This document shows positions 12,563 to 26,754 of a stretch of DNA of 64,000 nucleotides, piece by piece. The notes beneath the pieces were generated by a model, which did no database searches, was not told the origin of the DNA, and was given only the letters and a program-made list of their open reading frames with translations. The stretch comes from Mobula hypostoma (taxonomy: Eukaryota). The DNA is taken from contig NC_086097.1 in NCBI RefSeq assembly GCF_963921235.1, forward strand, positions 150,724,001 through 150,788,000, in the 5' to 3' direction. The position numbers were made by a program, and so were the translations under genes. The stretch's first letter is position 1. Each line of letters starts with the position of its first letter.

Positions 12563-14234
12563 CGGGTTTGAGATACCGTATTTCACTACCTCCTTACTGC
12601 ACAGGAGACCATTTTGGCTCCGAGAGCAATCCCATTCTAATATATTTTTCCCTGTACTCTAATCTCTCCATATTCCCATTAAATCCCCCAGATTCTACGA
12701 CTCATCTACACACCAAGGGCAATTTATAGTAACCAATTAACTAACACCTCACAGATCTTTCGGATGGGGAGGGGAACTGGAACAGTCCCGCCCAATCTTG
12801 GAATGTGCAAACGACAGAAAGGTCAAGAATGGACCTGGATCACACAAGTTGTGAGACAGCATCTAATTGGAACATCTTGAGAAACCGGAAGAGAACTCAC
12901 TTGATGGTATATACTGCAGAATAACAACTTGCATTATGTTGCACCCTTAATGAAGTACAACATTCAAGCTTTCATTTCATAAAAGCTGGGATGTTAACAA
13001 AAAATCCTACTTTCTGACTCTTCACTTTGTATTTATTAAATAACCAATAGCAACATAATCTGCTCCATTACCAGGAATTAGCAACTATATAAAAAGTTAG
13101 AAGCACAAATTTTGCAACAAACAAAATTCAAACTAAGATTTTGAGAGGAGGAGGAAAACATACCTGTAGATCGATTCAGACCAAAGCACAATTATGTAGG
13201 AGAGTTCCACATCCAAACTCAAATGTAACATTAAAATCATGGAAGTTGAACCCTGACAGTTGTATTTTAATATTGTTGCTTCCCTTCGTCCAGCCTTCAC
13301 TGTTTTACCTCATGATGGCAAATGAGGAGCAGAAACATTGGGTAGGCTAGAGGCCCTTCTTGAATGCCAGGAATAAAATGCTCACAGAATAAGGATTGCA
13401 AAAGGATTTTCTCTTCCACATGACAACATCTAACTAAAAGAAATTCAACTCATCAGTGGCAATCAGTTATATTAACATAAACCAATTTTAAACCAGGGAC
13501 CATTAAAAAGAGTAAAATTTGGTAGTCAGCAAGGTGATATAAATTGTAATCAGACAGTGACAAATGACTGTCTCTCATTAGAAATATTAACCAATAACAA
13601 ACAAATCTCAGGAAATCCAATACTTTCAGCTGAGTCTGTCGTGCAAACTATATTGCTTGCTTCTATATTCCATAAGAAGCCCAAGTTCCTGTCAGTCACA
13701 TACACAGGAATGCCTGCTCAGGACACATTCCCGACATCTCCAGAGCAATTCATTTATTTAATACCACTATAAGTTTAATCCATGTTAACTGATCAGTGCC
13801 ACTAGAAATCAAGTTTTAAGAATGTTGAATTTTTTCGTGAATTTTCAGAAACCATATGTTCAAGGCCAAATACAGAAATCCAGAAGTCAACATTCTGAGG
13901 GTCATGATATATTATTTACATTCCTGTTATTTCCAGGAACTTCCATCTCCCTATCCAGAACACAGTTGGAAATATGTGCATGAGGAATTCCATTAACTCA
14001 ATAAGTTTTATTTTTGTTTTAAAAAAATGTATATTATTGTGTTACTACACACAATACAGGCTCAAAACAATTGAACAGCCAATGTTAACTCTTGTTTGGG
14101 TAGAAAGGTGAAAGAATGAAAAAGTGTTGTACAAGATCTTCTCAGTGGCAATACACTGCATTATTGCTCTTAATTCTGTAAAAAAAAAGTTTTAGAAATG
14201 CAATGTTTTCCAATTACAATACCCAGTGCTGCAA

Positions 14235-15150
14235 AAAACATGTCAAGCAGAATCTAACGAGGCAAAGGTATGATTGATGTTTCGGGTCAAGGCACTGCAT
14301 CCAGACAGACTATAGTAGGAAGGCAGCCAGAATATAGAGGTATGAGTGAAGGATGTTCAGGGCTGTTCGGTGATGGGTGGACCCAGATGAGGTAAGGAAT
14401 AATGAGATGGGAGGGTGATTGGTGGAAATAGATACTGAAAAAATTGGGCAGATAGAGCCAGATAGAAGGGGAAGGTAACAAATCTTGCTAACATGAGGGA
14501 GGGGAATGGAAAAGGTAAAGGAAAAGGGAACACAGGCAACCAGTGAAAGTGGGAAAGAAACACAGAGGTTGTGAACCACCAGAACTTGGAAGATTCATTT
14601 GTTAATGTCCCATGGTTGTTGGCTATCCAAGTGGAATATGAGGTGTTGTTCTTTTAGCTTGTATTTGATCACACTGTGGCAATGGAGGTTGAGGGCAGAC
14701 AGTTTGGTGTAGGTGTGGGTAATGGGAGTTGAAATGACGTGCAACCAGAAGCTCAAGATACTCATTACAGACAGGGCAGATGATGCACAAACTGATCACC
14801 TACTAAAAGCTTGATCACATTGATGAAAAAGATACAAGTGCAATAAACAAGGTCAGAGGAGATGCACTGAATCTCTGCCTTATGTGGAAGGAATGTTTAA
14901 GTCCATGGATGGTAGTAAGAGAGGTGTATAGGAACAATTGTTACACCTTTATGGCTACAGGGACAAATGCCAGAGGAGAGGGAGGGATGAGTGAAGCAGG
15001 ATCACGAGAGAGTGGTCCCTGCAGAGCAGAAATTTTGGTGGCAGAAGGGAAAATGGCACAGGTGATGGGATTCTCTTACAGCTGGCAGAAATGCTGGATG
15101 TAGTGCTTAGTGGGGTCAGCCGTTTTTTTTTTGCTCAATATTCCAGCAGC
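14235..15150 (-). mobile_element. Penelope-like element 3' remnant (GIY-YIG region and pLTR)
   Basis: The minus strand near 14600-14650 encodes EQHLIFHLDSQQPWDIN, like the PLE endonuclease C-terminus. A decayed hammerhead lies at about 14270-14306. Confidence 0.75.
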
Positions 15151-16169
15151 TGCAGTCTCTCATGTCTCCATACTTGTTGCAGACTAGGAAATTATAAAAA
15201 TGTGACAACTTTTACAAACCTCCTCCAGATACTTTCTCTTCAGACATTCTTCATTTAAAATGTTGCTGTTCCAAGCCAGTCAAGGTAAACAACCTTCCCT
15301 CAGCCCCTTTTCCTCGTTACAGCTGAGTGTAGGATGTTTACAATGGCTGTAGCTCAGTTATACACTGTCTAGGTCTCATTATTACTGAAATGACAAGAAC
15401 ATAACTTAAAAAAGAAAGACTGGAACTAAATTGTTTTATTAAAAGACTTACTCGAGCCATATAAATAAAGAGAAAATGTTGGAAATGAAGACAACATGTG
15501 ACCACAAGATGTTGATGTTTTAGGTAGATGATCCTTCTTCAGAAATAGGAAAATGCTCTTTTTTAAAAAAAACCTCAAGAGTCTGAGAGAGATACAGTGC
15601 AGAAATGGGCCTTCGGCCACTGTATCCACACCAACAACGCACTTTAGTTCTACTCCATCCTGCTTTATCCTTCCCACAATTCCAACTCTTTAGATTCCAC
15701 AACACATACACAATAGAAGCAATTTACAATGGCCAATTAACCTAGTAATTCACACATTTTTAGATGAAATCAGAGCCCTGGTCAAAGACAGAAAATGCAA
15801 TCTTCGCACTGACAGCACCAGAGGCCAGGATTGTATAATATTCTGCCAATCTGTAGAAAGAAAGCAATTGGAAAATAATGAATCCCGCATAATCAAGTTC
15901 ACTTTCTTCTACATTGGCTCTATAGGTTCAGAGGTGATTGGTGGGGCCAATATAGGATCTGCAGAATCTGCCAAAGGAAAGAAGTTTTTACTTAGTGGAG
16001 CAGGGAATTGGTCAGCTTGCAAGATGTTATGCTCCTTGTTTTGCTAACTTTAGCATTCTCTTGCATGATACAATGAATGAGTCAATGGTAATGTGGAAGT
16101 CAGCTTCTGCCTATGCACAGATACAAGTATTATCTGTGTAGTTCAGCTTGGTAAATGAAATCCACAACT

Positions 16170-16535
16170 GCAGAGGCATCACACAAACCAAACTTCTTTC
16201 CACGGACTCTGTCTACACTTCATGCTGCCTCAGTAAAGTAGCCAGCATAATCAAACACACCACTCACCCTAGACATTCTCTTTTCTCCCTTCTCCCATCA
16301 GGCAGAAGATTTAAAAGTCCAAAAGCACATACCACCAGACACAAGGAAAGCCACTGTTATAAAACTTCTGAACAATCCCCAAGTATGCCAAGACAGATTC
16401 TTGACCTCAATCTACCTTATTTACCTGCATTTTCTCTGTATAGTTTTACCTTGCATTGTGTAATGATTTGATGTGCATGAACATTATGCAAGACAAGCCT
16501 TCCACTGTATCTCAGTACCTGTGACAATAATAAAC
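16170..16535 (+). mobile_element. Rex1/Babar 3' end fragment
   Basis: ASIIKHTTHPRHSLFSLLPSGRRFKS motif; ends in GTGACAATAATAAACC. Confidence 0.8.
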
Positions 16536-16549
16536 CAATTCCAGTTCCA

Positions 16550-17600
16550 AGTTGGGGTAACACTGACTCTGGAGTGTAGGTTGAACAATTTCACATTGGT
16601 CCAGTGTTGAACTTGTGGGAAATGAGGGGCAGCATTGTTGTGGGAAAAATCTTCCTAAATACCAGCCTGTAATGGACCCACAGCTTAAGGTGATAGCTTG
16701 TATGTCATCATATATGCAGATGTTTAGTGGTGACATATTTCTGCAAACAGCTAAATTTGAAATGAAGCTCCATAATACCTCTTTATTTCTGGATTCAGTC
16801 TTTTGTATAATCAAAACCCATAGAGCAGCTTCATTTCTCTTGGAGTTGGCACTCAGCAGAGCTCACCTCCATCATGTAATTCGGGGAACAGATGTTTGAT
16901 TACCTGGAGGAGATCCCCAAGTGTTCGACATTAACATCACAGAAATATTCATATGTCAAGATTACCAATAAATTTCTACAGCTCTTGTAGTCTTTTCACA
17001 TACCATCTGTTCTTTAGGTCACAGGTTTTCTGTTGGACTTCAGGCTTGAGGTCTCACACACTCAATAACAATCTAAAAGGTGTCTAGATACAAGTGTCGA
17101 AGACTTGTGTTCATCCTTTTGGCAAAATAGGTGTTGCTTATGACAAAACCATACTCCCAAGTGCTTTGTCAGAAGGACTCTATTCAAATTAGTTTCCTAT
17201 CTCTACTATACTTTTCAGAGGATTGCACTGCTTCCAACCCTGGCTGTAAAGTTTCACAAGAGCATAATTTTGTCTTCAATGATGTGAGTCAACTTTCCTC
17301 CCAAGTCAGAGTATTATCTTCCTTGGCTATATCCATAACTTCTTGATTTGAAGAGCTTGATGTATGACTGAGCACACTAGCTTCATAGGAATGTGAACAG
17401 AAGTTACAATGTTTGCCATCAAGATGATGTGGTGTCTCAATAACTCCTCTTCTGTGGGGTAAACAAAGTTCACTCTAAGCAGACTGCACTTTTAATCCAG
17501 TTTTCTCTTCCAGAAGACAAGGTATTCAGCACCTAGTTCTTTCAGTTTATCATCATATTGTGCTAAAGGCAATGCCAATATCAGAATGTCCATGTTGCTG
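16550..17600 (-). mobile_element. Highly degenerate non-LTR retroelement fragment (clade uncertain)
   Basis: LNICIYDDIQAIT resembles an RT NIY..D/YADD region. The evidence is weak. Confidence 0.3.
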
Positions 17601-18714
17601 AGCTATAGCAGAGCACTGTGCAGACCAGCGATTCAGGAGCAGCTTCTTCCCCTCTGCCATCCAATTCCTAAACGGACATTGAACCCATGAACACTACCTC
17701 ACTTAAAAAAAATTCTTTTGGCATAATTTTTAATCTATTAATATACATATACTGTAATTGATTTACTTATTTATTATTACTATTTTATTTTTTCCTCTTC
17801 TATATTATGTATTGCATTGAACTGCTACTGCCAAGTTAACAAATTTCATGACACATGCCAGTGACAATAAACCCGATTCTGATTTGGAGACACGACTGTG
17901 GCTGTCCCTGTGGTTCTTTTTCCTAGGTTCTAAACATCCTAGTGAAGAGTCAAAAAATACTTGAGCATGACTTTTTTTTTGATAACTAGCTATCCCATAG
18001 ATTTGGCAAAATTAGGTCATAATCCAAGGGCAACAAGATCCATGATAAGAGGAGACCAAGTTTTTCTGTATGAATAAAACAATATAAAAATGCATACATG
18101 TCCCAATGCACACACGCACCAGCAAACACTAAACAGGTGGCTTTATCACAATGTCCTGTACTCTCCTTTCTTGCATCCAATCTTCCCATAGATTTCCCAC
18201 CCTTTAGATCTGTCCTATTCCCAAACCTCTTCTTTACTCCCCACTGTCCCTAAAACACTTCCCAACACCTTCCACTTCTATCCAACCATGCTTCTCCTTC
18301 ACCCAACTGCTTGGTCATCTCCTTTCTTCTCTGGATAAATTACTCAGCTCTCTCTCCTTTTCACTTCACTCTGTTTTATAGTTTTCTCCACTATCAGAAC
18401 TTTCCTTACTTTCCAGATGACAAATCCTCATCCCGGAGCCCAGCACAGGCCTCCTGACTTCTTCCATCATGAAAATCTGAGTGGAAAAGTATCTTGTTTT
18501 AATAATGGTCCCCCAAGTGTTCTACAGACCCTGACTAACAGGGTCATTCGATGACAGCATCTCTTTCTGCTCCTGTGGAAGATATTACTGAAGTTAAACA
18601 CATTGAAGGTACAAATGACATGCATCAGTTGAACCAGATCTGTTTGTTAGTGGATCTGGGACCTCTACAGCTTAGATAAATAAGAATCTCATTTATACAA
18701 TTGCTCATTATTTT

Positions 18715-18990
18715 ATTTAGAGATACAGTGTGAAACAGGTTCTTCTGGCCCTACTAGCTGCACCACTAGCAACCTATTTTATGCTAGATAATCACAAGAC
18801 AATTTACAGTGACCAATTAACCTACTAACAAGTACATCTTTGTATTGTGGGAGGAAACCCGAACACCTGGAGGAAACCCACACAAAGGAAGTACTTACGT
18901 ATTGAGTCCTATATTTCTGACAGGATATGGCTGTTGCTGGCAGCCAATTTGAAGGTGGGAACACAAAGGACTGGCGTAGAGTTCAAGTTT
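18715..18990 (-). mobile_element. V-SINE-like SINE (similar decayed copies at about 12600-12860, 15590-15830, 30230-30545)
   Basis: The reverse complement contains GTGGGTTTCCTCCAGGTGTTCGGGTTTCCTCCCACA, typical of the V-SINE central domain. Confidence 0.75.
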
Positions 18991-19580
18991 GTCATTCAAC
19001 CATACATGAATACCCAAGCATACAGCTAAACTCAACAGCGTTACTCTGGAGCCAAGGTGCAAAACACAGTACCAACAGTCATGCACAGCACAAGGCACAT
19101 ATAAGATAGCAAGTACTAAGTTCAGCTTCTGCAGTTTCTCTGCCAACAAATAACTTGTGATAGGTATTGAGGAATCAGGATTGAAGTGGCAAGGAGAAAA
19201 ATCCAGGCTCATCAAGAGTTTCCAAGAGATTTAACAACACAGGGTGGGATACTGCAAATGACTTAGACACCACTCTGTGAACGATAGACTGTGACAAGAA
19301 ACAAGCAACTTACCCTCCTCAGTTCTTTCTGTAATTCAAATTAAGATGAAGACTGATCTGATCGTAATCGCAACTCCACATTCCCAGCTACCTCCACAAC
19401 TTTTCATCTGCTTGCTGATGAAAGAATATATCCACTGGATAGTCGATATACAAATTGAGACAAGAAAACGGCAACTTAGCCACTTCAATTCACTCTGCTA
19501 TTCAATTAAGATAAAGAGTGATCTGATTGTAATCTCAGCTCCACATTCCCACCTATCCCCAATAACTTTTCACCTACGGT

Positions 19581-19742
19581 GTTTTTTTTTAAGCAGGCTC
19601 TCTTATTTTTACGAGGCCCAGTTGCTAGCTCGACACTCAACTCAGTACAGATGGAAAGCGTGCAAGGGAGCTGGCTGCATTCGAACTCGGGAGCCTTGGC
19701 TCCGAAGCCTGGCACTGATGCCACTACACCACCAGCCGGTGC
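19581..19742 (-). mobile_element. tRNA-derived SINE with an RTE-like body
   Basis: Minus strand has A box TGGTGTAGTGG, B box GTTCGAATGC, then GAGCTAGCAACTGGGCCTCGTAAAAA and an oligo-A tail. Confidence 0.75.
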
Positions 19743-20239
19743 ACGCGCGCATATGTATATGTGTATGTATATATTTTTTATATATATACACATACACACA
19801 CACACACAAATACATTATATATATTGATCAAATAATCCAGAACAAACACACTGAATCACATTTATTATCTTTGCACCAAGTACCTCCTCAAATTTAGTGA
19901 TTTTCTTTTTAAAAACAGCATTTATTTTCTAAAATTACTATAAACATTATGACATAAAGGGCAACATCTTACAATGTTCCAGGTATTTCTAGAGTAACTG
20001 TTTTGTGTTAAAATTGCTGAGCATCTCCAATTTAATATTGCAGCTGCAAAAGCAGTCAAAAGAATACTTTCAGAAACTGCGAAGGAAGTCTTATTTTTCA
20101 GGCTTCCACCAAAAAGTTCAAGTATGTTCAAATTAAATAATTCATGCACATACTCAAATTACATTCACATGAAATTTGCATCTACTATTAAATAAAATTA
20201 CGATATTATAACCTTGAGAGAAAGTGAACAATATTTTGA

Positions 20240-20780
20240 TGCTTAAAACTAGCTGCACTTGGAATAACGTGTGCATTTCTGGTCACCACACTAAAGAAAG
20301 GATACGATTCAGATGTGGAGGATACAAAAAAAAAGATACTCTAGGATATTGCCTGGACTGGTGTTCTTGATTTCAAAATAGAGTTTGGATAGGCTCGGAC
20401 TTTTTTTCCCAATCCTAGAGCAAAGCTAGCCGAGCGGTGACTAGACAGAGACATATAAAATTATGAAAGGTAGAGATAGGGTATATAGCCAATTTGTTTC
20501 CCATGGTAGGGATGTCTGAAAATAGAGGACTAAGGTTTAAGGCAAGAGCAAAGAAGTTTAAAGGAGATCCAAGCAGTAAGTTTCTCCACACAATGTAGTT
20601 AGTATCTGGAATGAGCTGTCAGAGGTGATGGAATAAACTGTAACAGCATTTAAAGTACTTGAATAAGCAGGACACAGAAGGAACTAATGCAAGCAAGTGA
20701 GATTAGTATAGATAGGCATGATGGTGAACAGAGATGTGGTGGAATGAATGGCCTGTTTCAATGCTGTACAGCTCTGATTC
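20240..20780 (+). mobile_element. Degenerate CR1 3' portion
   Basis: Colinear similarity to 4600-5150. Confidence 0.7.
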
Positions 20781-22865
20781 TTTTCCAAATCTTTAGCCCA
20801 GCTTTAAATGCTTTTGAATTGCTGACCAAAAAGACAAGAAAAGATGACATTCATGTACCAAAGCACTGCAAATGCTTATTATCATCAAATCATAACAGTA
20901 AGGATGTTTGCTCTCATAACTCCAGATTTTTGGTGTAATATCGAATCAAATAAATCAGAGGTGGAAACTGCAAAAGTTGGGAGCAATAGCAGTGATTAAT
21001 ACTCAAAATCCCACTGACTGAATTGGAAATAATGCATCTTACACACCTTGAATGGCATCAGAGCAGTTGATCCCTTGCAGTAAGAAGTTTGTCCATTTTA
21101 TCCCTTCATAATGATGGCAAATTGCAACATCTAGTGGAGTTGACCTACTGGCCCACAATGCTTCCATAAATCAGAACTTTATTTTTAAAACTTGTACAGA
21201 GAATTCAAAGAAAGTTATCACAGAGAGAATCAAATCAATTACGTTTCCAAAAGAAATCATTCCGCTTGAAGGTCAATTGAGAATGCCGAGCAACTCCTGT
21301 CATTTAAAGAATCTGCAGCCGGTGGTCGTAAACATCTGACTGAAAGCTAGAGAAATCTTTTACAGCTTCCAGTCGGGGATGTTTACAGCAACAGACCACA
21401 ACTGTATTACAGAAGACCCAAGAACATTACAATTATGTAAAGCAGAACAATACAAGAATACCTTGTTAAACTGTGGAAATATTCAGCAATTAATTTTGCT
21501 TCCTTGGTGCAACATTTGGACGGATGCTACCCTGACATCAAGGGTAGCAAATCCTACCAGTATTCTTGCATTCAGATTGCACTCAATTTTGTCTCAAGTT
21601 TGTATTTAGAACTGAAAGCTCAAAAGTAAATGTTGCTGATTTGCCATTTTTTTCATTATATAATTGATAACCTTTTATTTGAAGATTGAGAATAGCTGGG
21701 TCAAATATGTCTGTTTTATGGATAAGACTAAATAAGAACACAATTTTCCCCTCATTGTTGAGTAACATCAGTACCAGGGCACCTTATTTTTGTTATTTCA
21801 GAATAAAAAATTAAAGCACATAGAGATCCGGAATGGGGAGCAGAAAAAAATTTGCAACCAGTTCGAGAAAAATATATATACCCCATTTCTTTAAGTGAAA
21901 TTCCGTTGTCTTCATTTTCTACCTTCTTAGAAAAATATAAATATCTAGTAATTCCTAGATTTATAAGCAATACAGGTAAATATCACGGTCTTAAAACACA
22001 GAAATAAGGAAAGGCTATAAGGTATGATCTCTATTCATTCAAACACCATAGCTGATCTGGCTTCTCAAGCTCATTTTTCTGGCTGATTCTCATCTACTAA
22101 ATTTGTTAATGTCTAAAAATGTATTAGTTTAGTCTCAACCATACTCAATGACTTAATAATCTGCAGCCATGTAAGATAAAAAAATCCTTAACGTTTACAA
22201 CCCTCTGTGAGAAGATATTTCTCATCTCAGTCCTGAACAGTTTATCACTCATCCTGAAATTATGTATTTCAGTTCTATACTCCCAAGTTGGTGGAAACAA
22301 TTGAAACTGATTTTTATCATCTATCATGCCACTTGCAAAACTCCTGTGTGCTCCCAGTGAAATCACCTCCCATTCTTCTAATTTCCAGTGAGTATAAAGA
22401 ATAAAAACAGGGAAAATACTGCATGTCAGACAGCATCTGTGGAGAAAGAGATACATTGAACATTCAGTAAATGATTCTTCATTATATAGGCCAACCTTAC
22501 TCTCATCTTTCTCAAGATTCCCCTCATCTTAGTAGTCAGTCAGTCTTGGGACTTATTCAAAGTGTACAACTCTTCAAGAATAAAGGTCAAAATTGCACAA
22601 TACTTTAAAGTCTCAACAAAGGTTGGTACAACTTCAAAAACACTTCCTAACTTTTGTTCTCAATATATTATATACCTTTCCAATTGCTTGCTGTACCTGC
22701 ACATTTGCTCTCAGAACCAACTCACCAAACACCAAGTGATCTCTTAACATTTGGAAAGCATTTTGTTTTCTATCCTTCATACCAATTGAACAACCTCATT
22801 TTCCCACATTATGCTCAATTCCAAAAACCTTATGGCCAATTATTCTATCTATGATATCTCTTTTT

Positions 22866-23615
22866 TTTTTCCTTTTCAAGGTTCTTTTGAAGACCCTGAC
22901 CTGGAGTTACACTCTGACTTTGGTTCTTTGCGGGAAAGGGACCCACTCTCAGGGCCTCACAACTGGCCGCTTTTGATATCCCAAGGATGCAGCCTGGAAG
23001 ACTAGTATGCCTTCAGGGTGCCGGATTTTCGTGGCTCTGGAGACAGGCCAATTCTAGGGCGGTGCCCCTGACTGAAGCATCACAGGAGAACACGGAACAT
23101 CGGGAGCAGCGGCTTAGCTGCCGTTGATTGTGCATCCAGAGAGCTGCACCTTTCTGGGGCCAACTCTCTGGGTGCAGAGCTGGGAAAAAGCGACACAACA
23201 GACTTTAACCGTAAATCAGTGAGTTGTTTGTTATGTCTCCCCTCTCGCTGTGAAATGGGACACCTCTTTTTCTCTTATTAGGGAGAGAGCACCTGTAGCA
23301 TATCAAATTACCAGGTGAACAAACAGTGTTTTGGGTACTGTAAGTCTGTGCCTTTATTGATGCTTGCTGCATCCTTGATTGCTCGGTGGAGGATGCTGAT
23401 GCTTTTTTGCTGGTGGGGGTTGGGGGAGGTTGTTGCCCTGCTGCTGCTTATGCATGGGAGGGGGAGCTGGGGGGCGGGGCTTGGGGTTCTAACATTTAAC
23501 TGCCATTTATTCTTTGGGGTACTCTTGTTTTCGTGGATGATTGTGGAAAAAAGATTTTCAGGATGTATATTGTATACATTTCTCTGACATTCAATGTACC
23601 TATTGAAACTTATTG
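22866..23615 (+). mobile_element. Non-autonomous retroelement with a Rex-like tail
   Basis: GC/CpG-richer block ending TTCAGGATGTATATTGTATACAT...(TATTGAAA)2, similar to other Rex-type tails in the window. No protein motif recognised. Confidence 0.5.
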
Positions 23616-24360
23616 AAATTCTGTCTATATTCTCAAGTTCTCCCACAGTGCATTTTCCTATCAAATTTTATATGATCAACTTTTAAAATAAATCATAATT
23701 GCAGAAAATACTAAAAGAATCTGACAAAATGCATAGAAATAATTTGGTTTAAATTCAAAATTTTTCCCTCCAATTCTCATTTGAAATAATGAGATACAAA
23801 ACCAAGGATAATTTATAAGAAAATACCAAAGTTTCTCAAAAGTCAAATGAATATTCAAAATCTATTTAACATCACATATTAGTTCATTCTTAACTGTTTG
23901 CAACTGAGAGATATTTTTAACCTCCCACCAACAGTGGTACTACATTACTTGGCAATACATCTAGATACAGTGGATTCTGGTTAATCAGCCAACTGGTTAA
24001 TCGGGGCAGCCACTTACTTGGAACAATTCTTAAAGAACAAAAACTCATCGAGAAAATAGCTGGGATTCAATTAGTTTTATTTGGGACAGTATGCTGCTTA
24101 ATTTGGACAAAAGACTTGCCAAACAGTTTCTAACTAGTGCCCATCATGTGAACTTGTGAGGCCATTAAACACTACACCATGCTTAAGAGTGATCATTTAA
24201 ATAGCATCAGTTTGTGTTCAATGGCGTGTGTTTGTGTTCAAAAAGCAGTGATTGTTGACAAGAAAAAAGCTGAAGGATGATTTAGAATTGTTTTGCTCAG
24301 TGTGGTTTTAAGCATTCAGGCCTGACATGCCTGGAACAACCAGGTGAGAAAATGAAACTA

Positions 24361-25673
24361 CACCCTATCCCTGTTATATGTGAGGGATACGTTCCTCGCA
24401 GTCGACGCATAGTATGGAAAACGCATTACGTGAATAATTATTTAAATGGAGAAAATAGGGATGCATTCTGGAGGGCTTCCTATCTGTAATTTATTCACAT
24501 TTTCATACCAATATGATACAAAAGCAGTACCACAAGGCAACATTTGTATTACATTTCATCAATTTAAGGTAATATTCAACATAATAAATCATAGAAGGTT
24601 AACATACTAGGGTGTACAGTACTCACCAACAGCAGCAGGTCTGTTGGCTCCAGGAGATGAGTGGTTGTGCAGTGATGTTGGGGAGCTTTACATGGATGAG
24701 GTGGATGGTTGTGGGTCATCAGGATCATCAAGGACAGCAAGGGGTGAAGGAAGACTCACAGAACTCTCTGGCAAGTTAGTGGAACTCTCAGAACTGATGC
24801 CCAACTCAGCTATCATAGCCGGCAACTGAACAGGGTAGCATCCAGCAGCTTCGTGGTCAGCACTAGCCTGCTCACCACGCACAGCTAAGTTGTGAAGCCT
24901 CTGGCGATTAACAAAAATTAGAAAACCATCCCCTACTTGCATTAAAGTTAACAGTATCACTTGACACTTCCTCACTAGCCTCTGAACAAAGGTGACCATA
25001 AATTTCCAAAGCTTTCACATGAAGATGATCGGCACTGAGTTTTGTTTTTTCCTTTGTTTCATGCTCAATGTACAAGCTCAACATTTTCCTCATTTTTGTC
25101 ATAATCAGGTGATGCACTTTGGTAACAATCTTTGAAGACACTTGAGATGAATCAATCACTGCACTTTATTTTCTCAGCATTCTTCTTTATGTTCCTGATC
25201 GTGGACTTACCCAGGCCGAAGTAGCATCCCAGAGCTGTGTTACCTTCACCTGACGCGGCCCTGTTTATAATTTCCAGCTCTTTTTCAAGTGTTAAAGCGG
25301 TTCTCTGCCACTTAGGTGATGGCCCAGGACTTGACATAGGATGCTTAGGAGGCATGGTTAAATATTTCAAGCACAAAATCACTGCGCTGTAGGTAATAAC
25401 AACAAAAGGTTAAGAGTGCAAGATCGCACATCCACACGCTGCCACCACCAATACGAGACTGGCGGGAATGAGACTGTGAGGCGGCGTGCGTGGCTTGCTT
25501 TGGCGGGAAAACGGTCCCACACAATACTGGTTGGCCAACAGCCTCGCAGACTCCACCGCACTCGCATGCATAACTAAGAGTTTTGGACGTATTTAAGGAG
25601 AAGTTGGTAGAAATAGATTCAACGCACAACTGTGAAAACGCATTGTTTGAAGACACATAACGGGGATAGGGTG
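24361..25673 (-). mobile_element. pogo/Tigger DNA transposon, internally deleted
   Basis: 21-bp TIRs CACCCTATCCC(T/C)GTTAT(A/G)TGT flanked by TA. ORFs 25152-25382 (RTALTLEKELEII...GKSTIRNIKKN) and 24908-25159 (FNASRGWFSNF) are CENP-B-type HTH domains. No DDE domain is seen. Confidence 0.92.
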
Positions 25674-26460
25674 TATTTCATTACTTCAACGAGTTAGGCA
25701 CGAAGAAGAATTAGACGTTATGACAATCATCTTAAATGTTAAAATGTGAATGAAGATTTGAAAGATGCAATCTTGAAAGCACTGCATAGGAAAATTGTCA
25801 CCAGTGAACAACGTGACCACAGGCGGCATCCTCCAAACGGTTCACAAAACTACTTCTTTCACATCTTTTTCTTTCAAATGTGGTTCTGCTACTGTTGGAG
25901 CCTGTGGTCTACATTTTGGTGGTGTGTTTTCAGGTCGAATGAACAATCTGGTGCTTTGCTGTCTCCGAGAGGGTTCCATGAGGCTTCGAGCGAAGTATGC
26001 GGCCTGCAGGCCAAGAAGCCTGAAGACAGGACACAAGCCCATGATAAACTCTATTTCTCACCAAGCTCGCCAACTAAAGCTCTGAAGATTGAAACCATCA
26101 AGGACCAGAGTAGAAGGCAGACATTCAGCACCATCTCGCAGCCTCTCGCTTGCTGCTGCCAGAGGAAGATATCTGCATATGACGGTCTCTCTCTTGCTGC
26201 TCCCAATAGAAGGTCCCTGCATTCAAATAGTCTCTCCCTCCTCCTTGATGCTAACAGAGGACGATGCCAAAGTTCTGGGTCTGTGGTTTGTGGATTGGAC
26301 TATGTAGTTCATGTTATGATGTGTTTCTGATCACTTCATTTTTATGTTTCTATTTTGGGTGACTTTGAATCAGGCTGACCCGCTGATAAGGAACACTGAA
26401 CTGAACTGAATATGCCTGGAACCTTTCAAGTTTCCGGGTTTTTTTGCCCATTTTTTTGTT

Positions 26461-26461
<1 letters not shown>

Positions 26462-26536
<75 letters not shown>
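26462..26536. repeat. Compound (GT)n(AT)n microsatellite
   Basis: Directly visible, inside a Rex-tailed repeat (about 25790-26660). Confidence 0.95.
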
Positions 26537-26754
26537 AGTAAAGAGTTGTTTTTCTTCAAATGGATTCCACGGTTTTCTTTGTTTTGTGGCCGTCTAAGGG
26601 GAAAACAAATCTCAGGGTTGTACACCACGTACATACTTTGATAATAAATGTACTTTGAATCCTTGAATGAAGGCAGTCCATTATCTGCATTAGAAGTCTG
26701 TGCTAATTTTGTTCATTTATAGTCAATCAAAAGAACACAACAGCGTGTTAATTG

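Noticed and set aside
13164..13252. Minus-strand exon-like segment ending CAG|GTATGT
   Set aside because: The acceptor is weak and the peptide is unrecognisable; insufficient without RNA data.
19670..19742. tRNA gene
   Set aside because: A and B boxes are present, but it continues into a SINE body and I could not fold a convincing cloverleaf.
19972..20043. Minus-strand exon-like segment (TTTTGCAG...GTAAGA)
   Set aside because: Splice signals are plausible but no protein similarity was recognised.
21039..21167. Minus-strand 42-codon ORF (MEALWASRSTPLD...)
   Set aside because: No recognisable homology, and the length is expected by chance.
25746..26330. 194-aa ORF
   Set aside because: It lies in repeat-derived sequence and has no protein motif.
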